DNA of 32,000 nt from Moraxella nasicaprae (GCF_025643275.1 NZ_CP089977.1:420001-452000); one strand, 5' to 3'; positions 16,362-24,347 are shown, counted from the first letter of the stretch. Program-made: numbers and translations. Notes: a model not told the origin generated them from the sequence alone.

Positions 16362-18440
16362 ATGCACTTTAATCCAAGTCGCGCTCTTGAATTATTAAGA
16401 CAAGGTTCAAGTAATCCAAATGCTAAATTTCGTGATGGACAAGAGGAGGCTATTACTCATCTTGTTACCAGCACACAAAGACTGCTGGTAGTGCAAAAAA
16501 CAGGCTGGGGTAAAAGTTTTGTTTATTTTATTGCCACACAATTATTACGAGAATCAGGTGCTGGCATTACGCTACTTATCTCGCCATTATTAGCGTTAAT
16601 GCGTAACCAAATTGCGGCAGCAAAAAGAATGGGCTTAAAGGCGGTAAGTATCAATTCGGAAAATACCGATGATTGGAAGCAAATAGAACAAGAGATTATT
16701 TTAGGACAAGTGGATATCGTTCTAATCTCACCTGAACGATTGGCAAATCAGAACTTTATCAATAATGTTTTGAGTCAAATTGCTGGAAATATTGGTTTAT
16801 TGGTTATTGATGAAGCACACTGTATTTCAGATTGGGGACACGATTTTCGTCCAGATTATCGTTTAATTGAACGAATTATTAAAAATTTACCACCCAATCT
16901 GCGTGTTTTGGCAACTACAGCAACCGCCAATCAGCGTGTAATGGATGACCTTATTGCCATTCTAGGACCCAATATTGCGGTTTCAAGAGGAGATTTAAAT
17001 CGCCCATCATTAACCTTACAAACGATTAAATTGCCCAGCCAAATTGAACGTTTGGCGTGGCTGGCTGAACAACTGTCTCATTTGCAAGGTAGCGGTATTA
17101 TTTATACTTTAACAGTGAGAGATGCCAATCAAGTTGCTGATTGGCTTAAATTGCAAGGTTTTGATGTGGAAGCCTATACAGGCGAAAGTGGTGATAAAAG
17201 GATTGAATTAGAAGATAAACTACTTAATAATCAAGTCAAAGCATTGGTTGCCACAACTGCTTTGGGAATGGGATATGATAAGCCTGATTTGGGATTTGTC
17301 ATTCATTATCAAATGCCAAATTCTGTTGTTGCTTATTATCAACAAGTTGGACGAGCTGGGCGAGCATTATCGAACGCTTATGGCGTTTTATTGAGCGGTA
17401 TAGAAGATGATGAAATCAGTGCGTTTTTTATTGACAGTGCTTTCCCAAAACCAAATGAAGTGAATCAAATTTTAAATGCATTAAAACAATCGCCAAATGG
17501 ATTATCATCAAATGAATTGCAAGACAACATCAATTTAAGTCAAGGCAGAATCAGCAAAGCATTAAAAGTCTTATCATTAGAATCGCCAGCACCTTTGGTT
17601 AAGCAAGACACAAAATGGCAATTAACTTCCGCTACATTATCTACTGATTTTTGGCAAAGGGTTAATCGCCTCACAGAATTAAGAAAAAATGAACATCAGC
17701 AAATGAAAAATTATGTTGATTTACCATTTGGTCAGCATATGGCATTTTTAGTTAATGCACTTGATGGTGATACACAACAAATTATGCCACCCCAATTACC
17801 ACCATTACCAACTTTAATTCACCCAACTTTCGTTCAACAAGCCAGTGAATTTTTGCACAGAAGTAATGTGATTATTGAACCAAGAAAGAAATGGGCAACA
17901 GGTGGTTCAACACAATTTTCGCAAAAAGGTAATATCAATCCAAATTTTCAAGCAGAGGAAGGACGTGCATTATCCATTTGGGGCGATGCTGGCTGGGGCA
18001 AATTGGTCAAACAAGGAAAGTATCAAGATAATCATTTTGCAGATGAATTGGTGAATGCCTGTTGTGAAATGATTGAGCGTTGGCAACCCAATCCAAAACC
18101 AACTTGGGTAACTTGCGTGCCGTCTTTGCGACACCCTGATTTGGTGCCTGATTTTGCTAGGCGGTTGGCAATGAAATTGGGGTTGCCATTTATGCCAATT
18201 ATCCAAAAAATCAAAGAAACTGAGCCACAAAAAATGATGCAAAATAGCCATATGCAAGCCCATAATTTAGATGGCGTATTTCAGTTGAGTGATAATCCAT
18301 TGTCAGAACCCGTTTTATTGATTGATGATATGGTGGATTCTCGTTGGACTTTAACCATATGTAGCTATCTTTTAAAATTTAATGGTAGTGGTGCAGTCTT
18401 TCCACTTGTACTTTCTCAAACCAGCAATCAAGGTGAATAA
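16362..18440 (+). CDS. RecQ-family superfamily-2 helicase fused to a C-terminal ComF/phosphoribosyltransferase-like domain (PsyrT/RqlH-like putative toxin)
   Basis: It has Walker A QKTGWGKS, the RecQ-type DEAH box VIDEAHCISDWGHDFRPDY, TATA, ATTALGMGYDKPD and motif VI YYQQVGRAGR. The C-terminal roughly 115 aa (WVTCVPSLRHPDLVPDFARRLA...PVLLIDDMVDSRWTL) have a PRTase/ComF-like layout. Confidence 0.85.
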   Translation: MHFNPSRALELLRQGSSNPNAKFRDGQEEAITHLVTSTQRLLVVQKTGWGKSFVYFIATQLLRESGAGITLLISPLLALMRNQIAAAKRMGLKAVSINSENTDDWKQIEQEIILGQVDIVLISPERLANQNFINNVLSQIAGNIGLLVIDEAHCISDWGHDFRPDYRLIERIIKNLPPNLRVLATTATANQRVMDDLIAILGPNIAVSRGDLNRPSLTLQTIKLPSQIERLAWLAEQLSHLQGSGIIYTLTVRDANQVADWLKLQGFDVEAYTGESGDKRIELEDKLLNNQVKALVATTALGMGYDKPDLGFVIHYQMPNSVVAYYQQVGRAGRALSNAYGVLLSGIEDDEISAFFIDSAFPKPNEVNQILNALKQSPNGLSSNELQDNINLSQGRISKALKVLSLESPAPLVKQDTKWQLTSATLSTDFWQRVNRLTELRKNEHQQMKNYVDLPFGQHMAFLVNALDGDTQQIMPPQLPPLPTLIHPTFVQQASEFLHRSNVIIEPRKKWATGGSTQFSQKGNINPNFQAEEGRALSIWGDAGWGKLVKQGKYQDNHFADELVNACCEMIERWQPNPKPTWVTCVPSLRHPDLVPDFARRLAMKLGLPFMPIIQKIKETEPQKMMQNSHMQAHNLDGVFQLSDNPLSEPVLLIDDMVDSRWTLTICSYLLKFNGSGAVFPLVLSQTSNQGE

Positions 18441-18443
18441 GAA

Positions 18444-19682
18444 ATGTTTATTTCAGATAATACCAAAGCCATTTTACTTTTAACTGCACCATTATTATTG
18501 GGAAAAAGTCAAAATAATATTAAATTATTAAGCAATAAAGAATATCATCAGTTAGCTGTTTATTTAAAAAATCATCATAAACAGCCTGCGGATTTACTGG
18601 GTAACGAATTAAGTGATATTTTAGCTGATTATGGAAAATTAGAATATGAGCGAATCCAGCAATTATTACAAAGAGGTTTTTTATTAAGCCAAACTCTTGA
18701 TTATTGGTATTCTCGCAATATTTGGGTCATCAGTCGTGCAGATAAAACTTACCCAAGTCGTTTAAAAATTCGTTTAGGAGAACAAGCACCACCAATATTA
18801 TATGGTTGTGGCGATGTTAATTTACTCAATTTTGGCGGGATAGCAATTGTAGGCTCTCGCAATATTGACGATGAATTGATTGCTTATACACAAAATATTG
18901 CTCATCTAGCTGCACAATCTGGCAAAATGGTCGTTTCTGGTGGAGCAAAAGGAGTAGATTTAGCAGCAATACAAGAGGCTTTACAGGTTGGTGGGGTTGT
19001 TTGTGGTGTGTTGGCAGATAGTTTGGAGAAAATGGCTTTGAATGCAGTAAATCGCTCTGCATTACAAGAAAATCGTTTAGTGCTTATTTCTGCGTGCGAC
19101 CCCAAATCTCGTTTTATGGTTGGCAATGCAATGCAACGCAATAAATATATTTATGCACTTTCGGACATTGGCTTGGTTGTTAATTCTGATTTAAATAAAG
19201 GGGGAACTTGGGCTGGTGCTGTTGAGCAATTAGACAAATACAAGCACATTCCGATTTATGTCCGTTCAACTGGTACTGAAAATGCAGGATTAAATGCCTT
19301 GGTAAATAAAGGAGCATTATGGTGGGATAATCCAAGAGATACACAATCATTTTTAGATATTTTTAACGGCAAATTTGTATCAAATATGAATACACCAAAA
19401 CCACAAACAAATTCATCCCCTAATGATAAATCAATTACACATCCGAATCTTGATTTATCTCCAGAAAAAGAGTTATTTTTATTGGTTAAAAAACTGATTG
19501 AGCAAAATTTGCAAGAACCTAAAAAAGAAAAAGAGCTGGCTGAATTATTGGCAGTTTCCAGTTCTCAAATCCGAATATGGCTTGAACGCTTAATTAAAGA
19601 AGATGTGGTTGTTAAACAAAATAAGCCTATACGATATGCCCTGCGTTCAAAATCTGAGAATTTGGAATTATTTCCTTCTTAA
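18444..19682 (+). CDS. DprA/Smf-fold (SLOG) protein with a C-terminal winged helix (PsyrA/RqlI-like putative antitoxin)
   Basis: The sequence YPSRLKIRLGEQAPPILYGCGD...IAIVGSRN...VVSGGAKGVDLAA...GNAMQRNKYIYALSD...GGTWAGAVE is the DprA Rossmann core. The C-terminus (KELAELLAVSSSQIRIWLERLIKEDVV) looks like a wHTH. It starts 3 nt after the helicase stop and has an AAGGTGA RBS. Confidence 0.85.
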   Translation: MFISDNTKAILLLTAPLLLGKSQNNIKLLSNKEYHQLAVYLKNHHKQPADLLGNELSDILADYGKLEYERIQQLLQRGFLLSQTLDYWYSRNIWVISRADKTYPSRLKIRLGEQAPPILYGCGDVNLLNFGGIAIVGSRNIDDELIAYTQNIAHLAAQSGKMVVSGGAKGVDLAAIQEALQVGGVVCGVLADSLEKMALNAVNRSALQENRLVLISACDPKSRFMVGNAMQRNKYIYALSDIGLVVNSDLNKGGTWAGAVEQLDKYKHIPIYVRSTGTENAGLNALVNKGALWWDNPRDTQSFLDIFNGKFVSNMNTPKPQTNSSPNDKSITHPNLDLSPEKELFLLVKKLIEQNLQEPKKEKELAELLAVSSSQIRIWLERLIKEDVVVKQNKPIRYALRSKSENLELFPS

Positions 19683-19696
19683 TGGGAAAAACAAAA

Positions 19697-20587
19697 ATGA
19701 ACCTCAACACCCTCCGTCTTTTCGTTGCCGTTATCCAGCACGGCAGTTTGTCCAAAGCCTCCGAACGACTCAATGTGCCGATTGCGACCATTAGCCGTCA
19801 AATTGCCGATTTGGAAAAAGAGCTTAATATTCAACTCTTTGACCGCCAAAAATCAGGCGTTAAACCCACAATGGCAGGGCAACGCCTGTATGAACAGGTG
19901 CATTTGTCCATTGAACAGCTTGCCAATGCCAAAGAAGTACTCTTTGAAGAGCAAGGCAATTTAAAGGGTAAATTACGCCTGTCGGCAAGCCCTGCCTGCG
20001 AGCCTGTTTTGGCGTGGATAGCTGATTTTCAGGCAGCCTACCCACAGGTACAGGTGCATTGCACGCTGACCGACCGTCTTTTGGATTTGTCGGCAGACGG
20101 CATTGATGTGGCGTTTCGGATTGGGCAGTTACACGGCGAACAATTTATCGCCAAAAAAGTGGGGCAAATCGGCAGCAAATGGGTGGCACACCCTGATTTA
20201 TTGACACGATTGGGTACACCCAACACCATCAAGGATTTGAAAAATTTCCCCATTGCCGCTTGGGCAAAAAATGAAGCAAGCGTCATCACGCTAGGGGTTG
20301 GCAGACAAGCGGTGGAAATTCCCTATCTTTTTGCCAGCAATGACAGCTATGCCATTGAATATATGGCAAAACAGGGCAAAGCAGTGGCTCTGCTTGCCGA
20401 CAGCACGGTGGATAGACTCGTGGCAGAAAATGGCTTGGTGGAGGTCTTAGGCGAGACAGAAAACCCCAAATTTGATTTGACGATGATTTATGCCGCCCAT
20501 CGTTATCCGTCTAGCATTGTACGGGCGTTTGTGGGGTTTGTGCTTGATAGGGTAAATAATGAGACTTTGGACGATTCAGCCATTTGA
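19697..20587 (+). CDS. LysR-family transcriptional regulator
   Basis: The sequence MNLNTLRLFVAVIQHGSLSKASERLNVPIATISRQIADLEKELNIQLFDR has the LysR HTH signature. I prefer the start at 19697 over the ATG at 19682, which overlaps the upstream stop. Confidence 0.85.
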   Translation: MNLNTLRLFVAVIQHGSLSKASERLNVPIATISRQIADLEKELNIQLFDRQKSGVKPTMAGQRLYEQVHLSIEQLANAKEVLFEEQGNLKGKLRLSASPACEPVLAWIADFQAAYPQVQVHCTLTDRLLDLSADGIDVAFRIGQLHGEQFIAKKVGQIGSKWVAHPDLLTRLGTPNTIKDLKNFPIAAWAKNEASVITLGVGRQAVEIPYLFASNDSYAIEYMAKQGKAVALLADSTVDRLVAENGLVEVLGETENPKFDLTMIYAAHRYPSSIVRAFVGFVLDRVNNETLDDSAI

Positions 20588-21164
20588 CTGGTATGAAACA
20601 CTGATGAGTGATGGCGTGATTTATGCCAAAGGTGAGCTGATTGATTGGTTAAATGAAGACAATTTTAAAACTGCCTATCATTGGCTGATGGGGCAAATGA
20701 CACATAAGATCGGCAAACCGCCAATGCCTGATGTTTATCCGATTTGGGCGTGGTATCAATGGCAAAACGCCAAGAAGAACAAGCCTGATTTAAGATTTGG
20801 TGGCATTGGCATCAAAGGTCAAAAAAGCGTTTTATTGGAAATTGAAAAAAGCGATGATGAAGTCTTATTAAGCGATTTTGATTTATGGCATTGTGTATTA
20901 AATGAATGGCATATTGCCGATAACGAACAAGAAAGCGATTGGTTTGATGATTGTCTAAGGCAAGCGGGGATTGATTTTTGCGATAAACATCTTTATCCGC
21001 CCAATATTCGCCAGATTATGCAAAACAGCTGGCAAAAAATCTTTGATATGGATTATTGTGCAGAATACAGCACCAATTCATTTTCACAAAAAAGCATTCA
21101 AGCGACTTTTTGGCAATTGTCCATTGATGAGATTAAAAGCGTGCGGACTTTTATCGCCAAATAA
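20559..21164 (+). CDS. DUF3841-like hypothetical protein
   Basis: This is a 201-aa ORF starting MRLWTIQPFDWYETL, an N-terminus I associate with DUF3841. It overlaps the end of the LysR gene by 29 nt. Confidence 0.5.
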   Translation: MRLWTIQPFDWYETLMSDGVIYAKGELIDWLNEDNFKTAYHWLMGQMTHKIGKPPMPDVYPIWAWYQWQNAKKNKPDLRFGGIGIKGQKSVLLEIEKSDDEVLLSDFDLWHCVLNEWHIADNEQESDWFDDCLRQAGIDFCDKHLYPPNIRQIMQNSWQKIFDMDYCAEYSTNSFSQKSIQATFWQLSIDEIKSVRTFIAK

Positions 21165-21199
21165 AACACCGCTTAAACCTAACGCCAAACGGTGTTTTT
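21163..21199. terminator. Hairpin terminator between the convergent DUF3841 and MDR oxidoreductase genes
   Basis: The stem pairs aaaacaccg (21163-21171) with cggtgtttt (21190-21198). The flanks are A-rich on one side and T-rich on the other. The loop is 18 nt. Confidence 0.55.
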
Positions 21200-21212
21200 G
21201 CCACACCCAAAA

Positions 21213-22238
21213 TTAGCCCATCTCAATCACAATCTTACCCTTTGCTCGTCCGCTTTCGCTGTATTCTAAGGCTTTTTGGGTATCATCAAAGGCAAAAACT
21301 TGGTCAATGATTGGGCGTAATTTACCCGCTTCTGCCCAAGTTTTGATGATATTTAACTGCTTGCTAGACGGTTTCATAAACAAAAATTCATAACTTGTCC
21401 CATAATTTTGGGCGGTTTTGTGGATTTTGGCACTGATTAAGCCCATTATCAATTGTTTGACCCAAGAAAGCCCCATTTCTTTGGCAAAATCTTTGGTTGG
21501 TATTCCTGCCACACTGATGACTTTTCCGCCTTGTTTTAAAATTTTAAAGGATTTTAACAAAGTTTCACCACCCACCGTATCTAGCACAAAATCAAAATTC
21601 TTTAATTTTTGTTCAAAATTTTCTTGTTTATAATCAATCACTTCATCAGCACCCAGTGATTTGACAATGCCTAAGCCCTTACCACTGGCGGTGGTGGCAA
21701 CATACAAGCCCAAAATTTTGGCAATCTGTATGGAAACACTGCCCAAGCCCCCTGCCCCTGCGTGAATGAGAACTTTATCGCCTGATTTGATGCCCATTTT
21801 GTCAAAGGCTTGAATGGCAGTCAAAGCGACAAGCGGTAGGCTTGCCGATTGGTTAAAGTCTAAATTGGCAGGTTTTTTGGCAAGATTGTGTTGATTGATG
21901 GCGATAAACTGTGCAAAACTGCCAATCCGCAAAGTATCCGTACGGACAAACACTTCATCGCCAATGGCAAAATTTTTAACATTTTTGCCAACTGCTACCA
22001 CCACACCAGCAAAATCATTGCCTAAAATCAGGGGCAGAGAAAAAGGCAAAACCAGCTTTAAATCGCCATTTCTAATTTTAAAATCAAGCGGATTGACGCT
22101 GGCACTGACTACCTTGACCAAAACATCATCATCGCCAATTTTTGGGGCGGGAATACTGGTTTTTTGTACAGGGTATTTGCCATATTTTTGGACGGTCATT
22201 GCAGTCATTTGGGTGGGCTTAGCCATTGATATTCTCAT
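21213..22238 (-). CDS. Zinc-type/MDR-family NADPH:quinone oxidoreductase-like dehydrogenase
   Basis: It has the GDEVF motif and the Rossmann motif HAGAGGLGSVSIQIAK, and ends in GRAKGKIVIEM, typical of the quinone-oxidoreductase subfamily. The start is uncertain; ATGs at 22238, 22226 and 22208 are all possible. Confidence 0.8.
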   Translation of the reverse strand: MRISMAKPTQMTAMTVQKYGKYPVQKTSIPAPKIGDDDVLVKVVSASVNPLDFKIRNGDLKLVLPFSLPLILGNDFAGVVVAVGKNVKNFAIGDEVFVRTDTLRIGSFAQFIAINQHNLAKKPANLDFNQSASLPLVALTAIQAFDKMGIKSGDKVLIHAGAGGLGSVSIQIAKILGLYVATTASGKGLGIVKSLGADEVIDYKQENFEQKLKNFDFVLDTVGGETLLKSFKILKQGGKVISVAGIPTKDFAKEMGLSWVKQLIMGLISAKIHKTAQNYGTSYEFLFMKPSSKQLNIIKTWAEAGKLRPIIDQVFAFDDTQKALEYSESGRAKGKIVIEMG

Positions 22239-22322
22239 AGGTTTAAAAATTTAAACATATTATAATGGGGAAGATGAGATGGGTCAAGACTTACTTATCA
22301 TCATGACTACCCATCACTCAAC

Positions 22323-22353
22323 AAAAAACACCGCTTTACTAAACGGTGTTTTT
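22323..22353 (-). terminator. Rho-independent terminator after ohr
   Basis: The stem pairs aaaaacaccg (22324-22333) with cggtgttttt (22344-22353) around a 10-nt loop. A T-run follows on the minus strand. Confidence 0.65.
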
Positions 22354-22374
22354 ACTTTTAATCATTTAAAAAAA

Positions 22375-22806
22375 TCACAAATCAAAAGTCTCAACCACAT
22401 TGACATGCAAACGCACCTCAACATTGCCACGAGTGGCATTAGAATATGGGCAGACTTCGTGAGCTTTTGTAATCAGCTTTTTGGCATCATCAACGCTAAT
22501 GCCCTCAACGGTAATGGTGATGTCCAAATCTAGGCTAAACGCACCGTCCGCCTTTTGACCGATACCGACCGCAACGGTGGTGGATGATTTTTTGGGTTTG
22601 ATGTTTAGGCTTGGGGCAACATGGTTCATCGCACTGTCAAAACAGGCGGCATAGCCCATTGCAAATAGTTGTTCAGGGTTGGTGCCAACTTTACCGCTTT
22701 CATTTTGAAAACCAACCAAATCAAAGCCGATAGAGCCGTCATCAACTTGGGTGCGACCGTCTCGTCCGCCTGTGGCGGTGGCTGAGGTGTGATAAAAAAT
22801 TTTCAT
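22375..22806 (-). CDS. ohr: Organic hydroperoxide resistance protein (OsmC/Ohr family)
   Basis: The sequence TATGGRDG...GTNPEQLFAMGYAACF...AHEVCPYSNATRGN carries both conserved Cys contexts of Ohr. Confidence 0.88.
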   Translation of the reverse strand: MKIFYHTSATATGGRDGRTQVDDGSIGFDLVGFQNESGKVGTNPEQLFAMGYAACFDSAMNHVAPSLNIKPKKSSTTVAVGIGQKADGAFSLDLDITITVEGISVDDAKKLITKAHEVCPYSNATRGNVEVRLHVNVVETFDL

Positions 22807-22846
22807 AACATATTCCTTACAAAGGTTTGGTTAAATTGATAAATTT

Positions 22847-22894
22847 ATTATAGCCTAAAATTAAATTGTGTGCAATGATTTTTTGATAAAATTT
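22847..22894 (-). promoter_or_regulatory. ohr promoter with embedded operator-like inverted repeat (copy 1 of a duplicated module)
   Basis: On the minus strand there is TTGCAC (22877-22872), a 17-nt spacer, then TATAAT (22854-22849). The AT-rich repeat AATTAAATTGT and the palindrome-like ATTGTGTGCAAT (22867-22878) overlap the -35 and spacer. Confidence 0.55.
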
Positions 22895-22898
22895 TTGC

Positions 22899-23348
22899 TT
22901 ACATTCTTTTTGACAAATAAAGCGGTTCGCCCAATTTTTCCAGTAAAGACAACTCTTGTTCTAGCCGAGCCAAATATTCTTCTTCGTCCGCCAAAATCTC
23001 TTCAATCAAGTTGCGAGTGGTGGCATCGCCTAGCTCATCTACTTCTTTGATGAGCTTATTTAGACCTGTGCGAGCGTCTTTTTGTAGTTCATAATCGTTT
23101 TGCAAGGCTTCACGCAAATTCTTGCCGATGTTGGGCTGGCTAACCGTAAAGTTAATCACACCGCCCAAGTCCAAAAGACGATTTTACAGATTTTCAATGG
23201 TTTCTGGCTCATCAGCGATTTTGTCGGTCATTTCGCTTGCAAGTAGGTTTGCTCCTTCACTTTGGATAACCGCAATGTGGCTTTTGTGCTGAATGAGGAC
23301 TTTCCAATAAACAGAAAGCAAGTTGATGATAGTATGGATTTGGTTCAT
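22899..23348 (-). pseudogene. Bacterioferritin-family (ferritin-like) gene interrupted by an in-frame TAA
   Basis: I translated by hand from the ATG at 23348, which has an AGGAGA RBS. This gives MNQIHTIINLLSVYWKVLIQHKSH...ADEPETIENL, then TAA at 23186-23184. It then continues in the same frame as NRLLDLGGVINF...NIGKNLREAL...EEILADEEEYLARLEQELSLLEKLG, which aligns by eye to Bfr helices B-E. The total is 150 codons. Confidence 0.6.
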
Positions 23349-23375
23349 TTCTAAGTCTCCTATTTGGGAATGATG

Positions 23376-23422
23376 TTATTATAGTTTAAAATTAAATTGT
23401 ACACAATAGTTTTTTGTAAAAT
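23376..23422 (-). promoter_or_regulatory. Promoter/operator module of the ferritin-like gene (copy 2 of the ohr promoter module)
   Basis: On the minus strand there is TTGTGT (23406-23401), a 17-nt spacer, then TATAAT (23383-23378). Of 48 aligned columns, 40 are identical to 22847-22894. It contains TAAAATTAAATTGTA (23387-23401) and ATTGTACACAAT (23396-23407). Confidence 0.5.
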
Positions 23423-23440
23423 ATATCTGGAAAGATGGTT

Positions 23441-23499
23441 TTTAAAAATAAAAACATCAATTTTTTCAATCAATGCTTGTCATCAGTTCATGTTTTTAT
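23441..23499 (-). terminator. Possible weak terminator hairpin after the epimerase-like gene
   Basis: A 10-bp perfect but AT-rich inverted repeat pairs ataaaaacat (23448-23457) with atgtttttat (23490-23499). The loop is 32 nt and only a short T-run follows. Confidence 0.25.
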
Positions 23500-23510
23500 C
23501 ATCAAATCAT

Positions 23511-24338
23511 CTACTTCATTATCTTTGAGACAATCCACGCATAGCCCGCCTGATGCGTTGGGAAATCTAGCCAATCTGGATTGATGTTGCTGATGATTCT
23601 TTTGCCTGATGGCAAACTTTCAATGACATTTGGCTTAGGATAATGCAATAAATCCGCCAAATACCGCATCACAACAGATGCCTCCACAGGGTCAAAATCC
23701 GTCGCCAGATACAATGATTTTGGGGTATTTTGTGTCAAAATGCACGCCAAAACCTGTATCAAATCAGTGTCCATGATGCGATTGGTGTATTGATGACTTG
23801 GCACGCCATCTTGATGAGCAGTGGCAGCCTGTCTAAGCATTCTAAGGCGAGTCTTACCATAAATGCCTGATGCTCGCACAATGACCGCTTTATCGCCAAA
23901 GCCATCTTTTAGCACCTCTTCGGCATCAAGCAATACTTGGGCGGTGGCACTGCTGGCAATCGCTGGGGTATGCTCATCAATCATCTCTCCTTGATTTTCG
24001 CCATAAACTGCCGTCGATGATAAAAACAGCACCTGCTGCAACCGATTGATGAGAGTTGGATTATCCTTTGCCAACATCGCCAATCGCTGACAGATTGCCA
24101 AATAGCTCTCTTGATAACCTGCCACGCTTCGTTCGCTGGGCGTGATGATGATGGCAATGTGCGTCACCATAGCCAAATCATCAATGTTTAGCTGACGAGC
24201 ATCTTTTTGTAAAAACTGCACACGCTGCTGATAGAATTTTGGCGAACGAGCCACACCAATGACCTTATGACTGACCGCCAATTTTTCTGCCAATGGCTGA
24301 CCGATTGCCCCTTGCCCGATAATCATCATCGTATTCAT
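23511..24338 (-). CDS. NAD(P)-binding epimerase/dehydratase-like SDR-superfamily protein
   Basis: It has the N-terminal Rossmann motif MMIIGQGAIGQPLAEKL and a length of 275 aa. ASGIYGK resembles the YxxxK region of extended SDRs. The substrate is unknown. Confidence 0.6.
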   Translation of the reverse strand: MNTMMIIGQGAIGQPLAEKLAVSHKVIGVARSPKFYQQRVQFLQKDARQLNIDDLAMVTHIAIIITPSERSVAGYQESYLAICQRLAMLAKDNPTLINRLQQVLFLSSTAVYGENQGEMIDEHTPAIASSATAQVLLDAEEVLKDGFGDKAVIVRASGIYGKTRLRMLRQAATAHQDGVPSHQYTNRIMDTDLIQVLACILTQNTPKSLYLATDFDPVEASVVMRYLADLLHYPKPNVIESLPSGKRIISNINPDWLDFPTHQAGYAWIVSKIMK

Positions 24339-24347
24339 GTGCTACTC

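Noticed and set aside
16265-19688. An 8-bp direct repeat, AATGGGAA, at both edges of the helicase/DprA-like cassette (16265-16272 and 19681-19688). It could be a target-site duplication.
   Set aside because: It is only 8 bp in AT-rich DNA. The right copy overlaps the stop codon of the DprA-like gene, and there are no adjacent terminal inverted repeats or recombinase. A chance match is plausible.
21163-22353. Two terminators sharing the same stem sequence, AAAACACCG...CGGTGTTTT (21163-21199 and 22323-22353). They could be a repeat family or an uptake-type sequence.
   Set aside because: There are only two copies. Both sit exactly where intrinsic terminators are expected, and the shared part is a short 9-nt arm. 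This is insufficient to call a repeat family without a genome-wide count.
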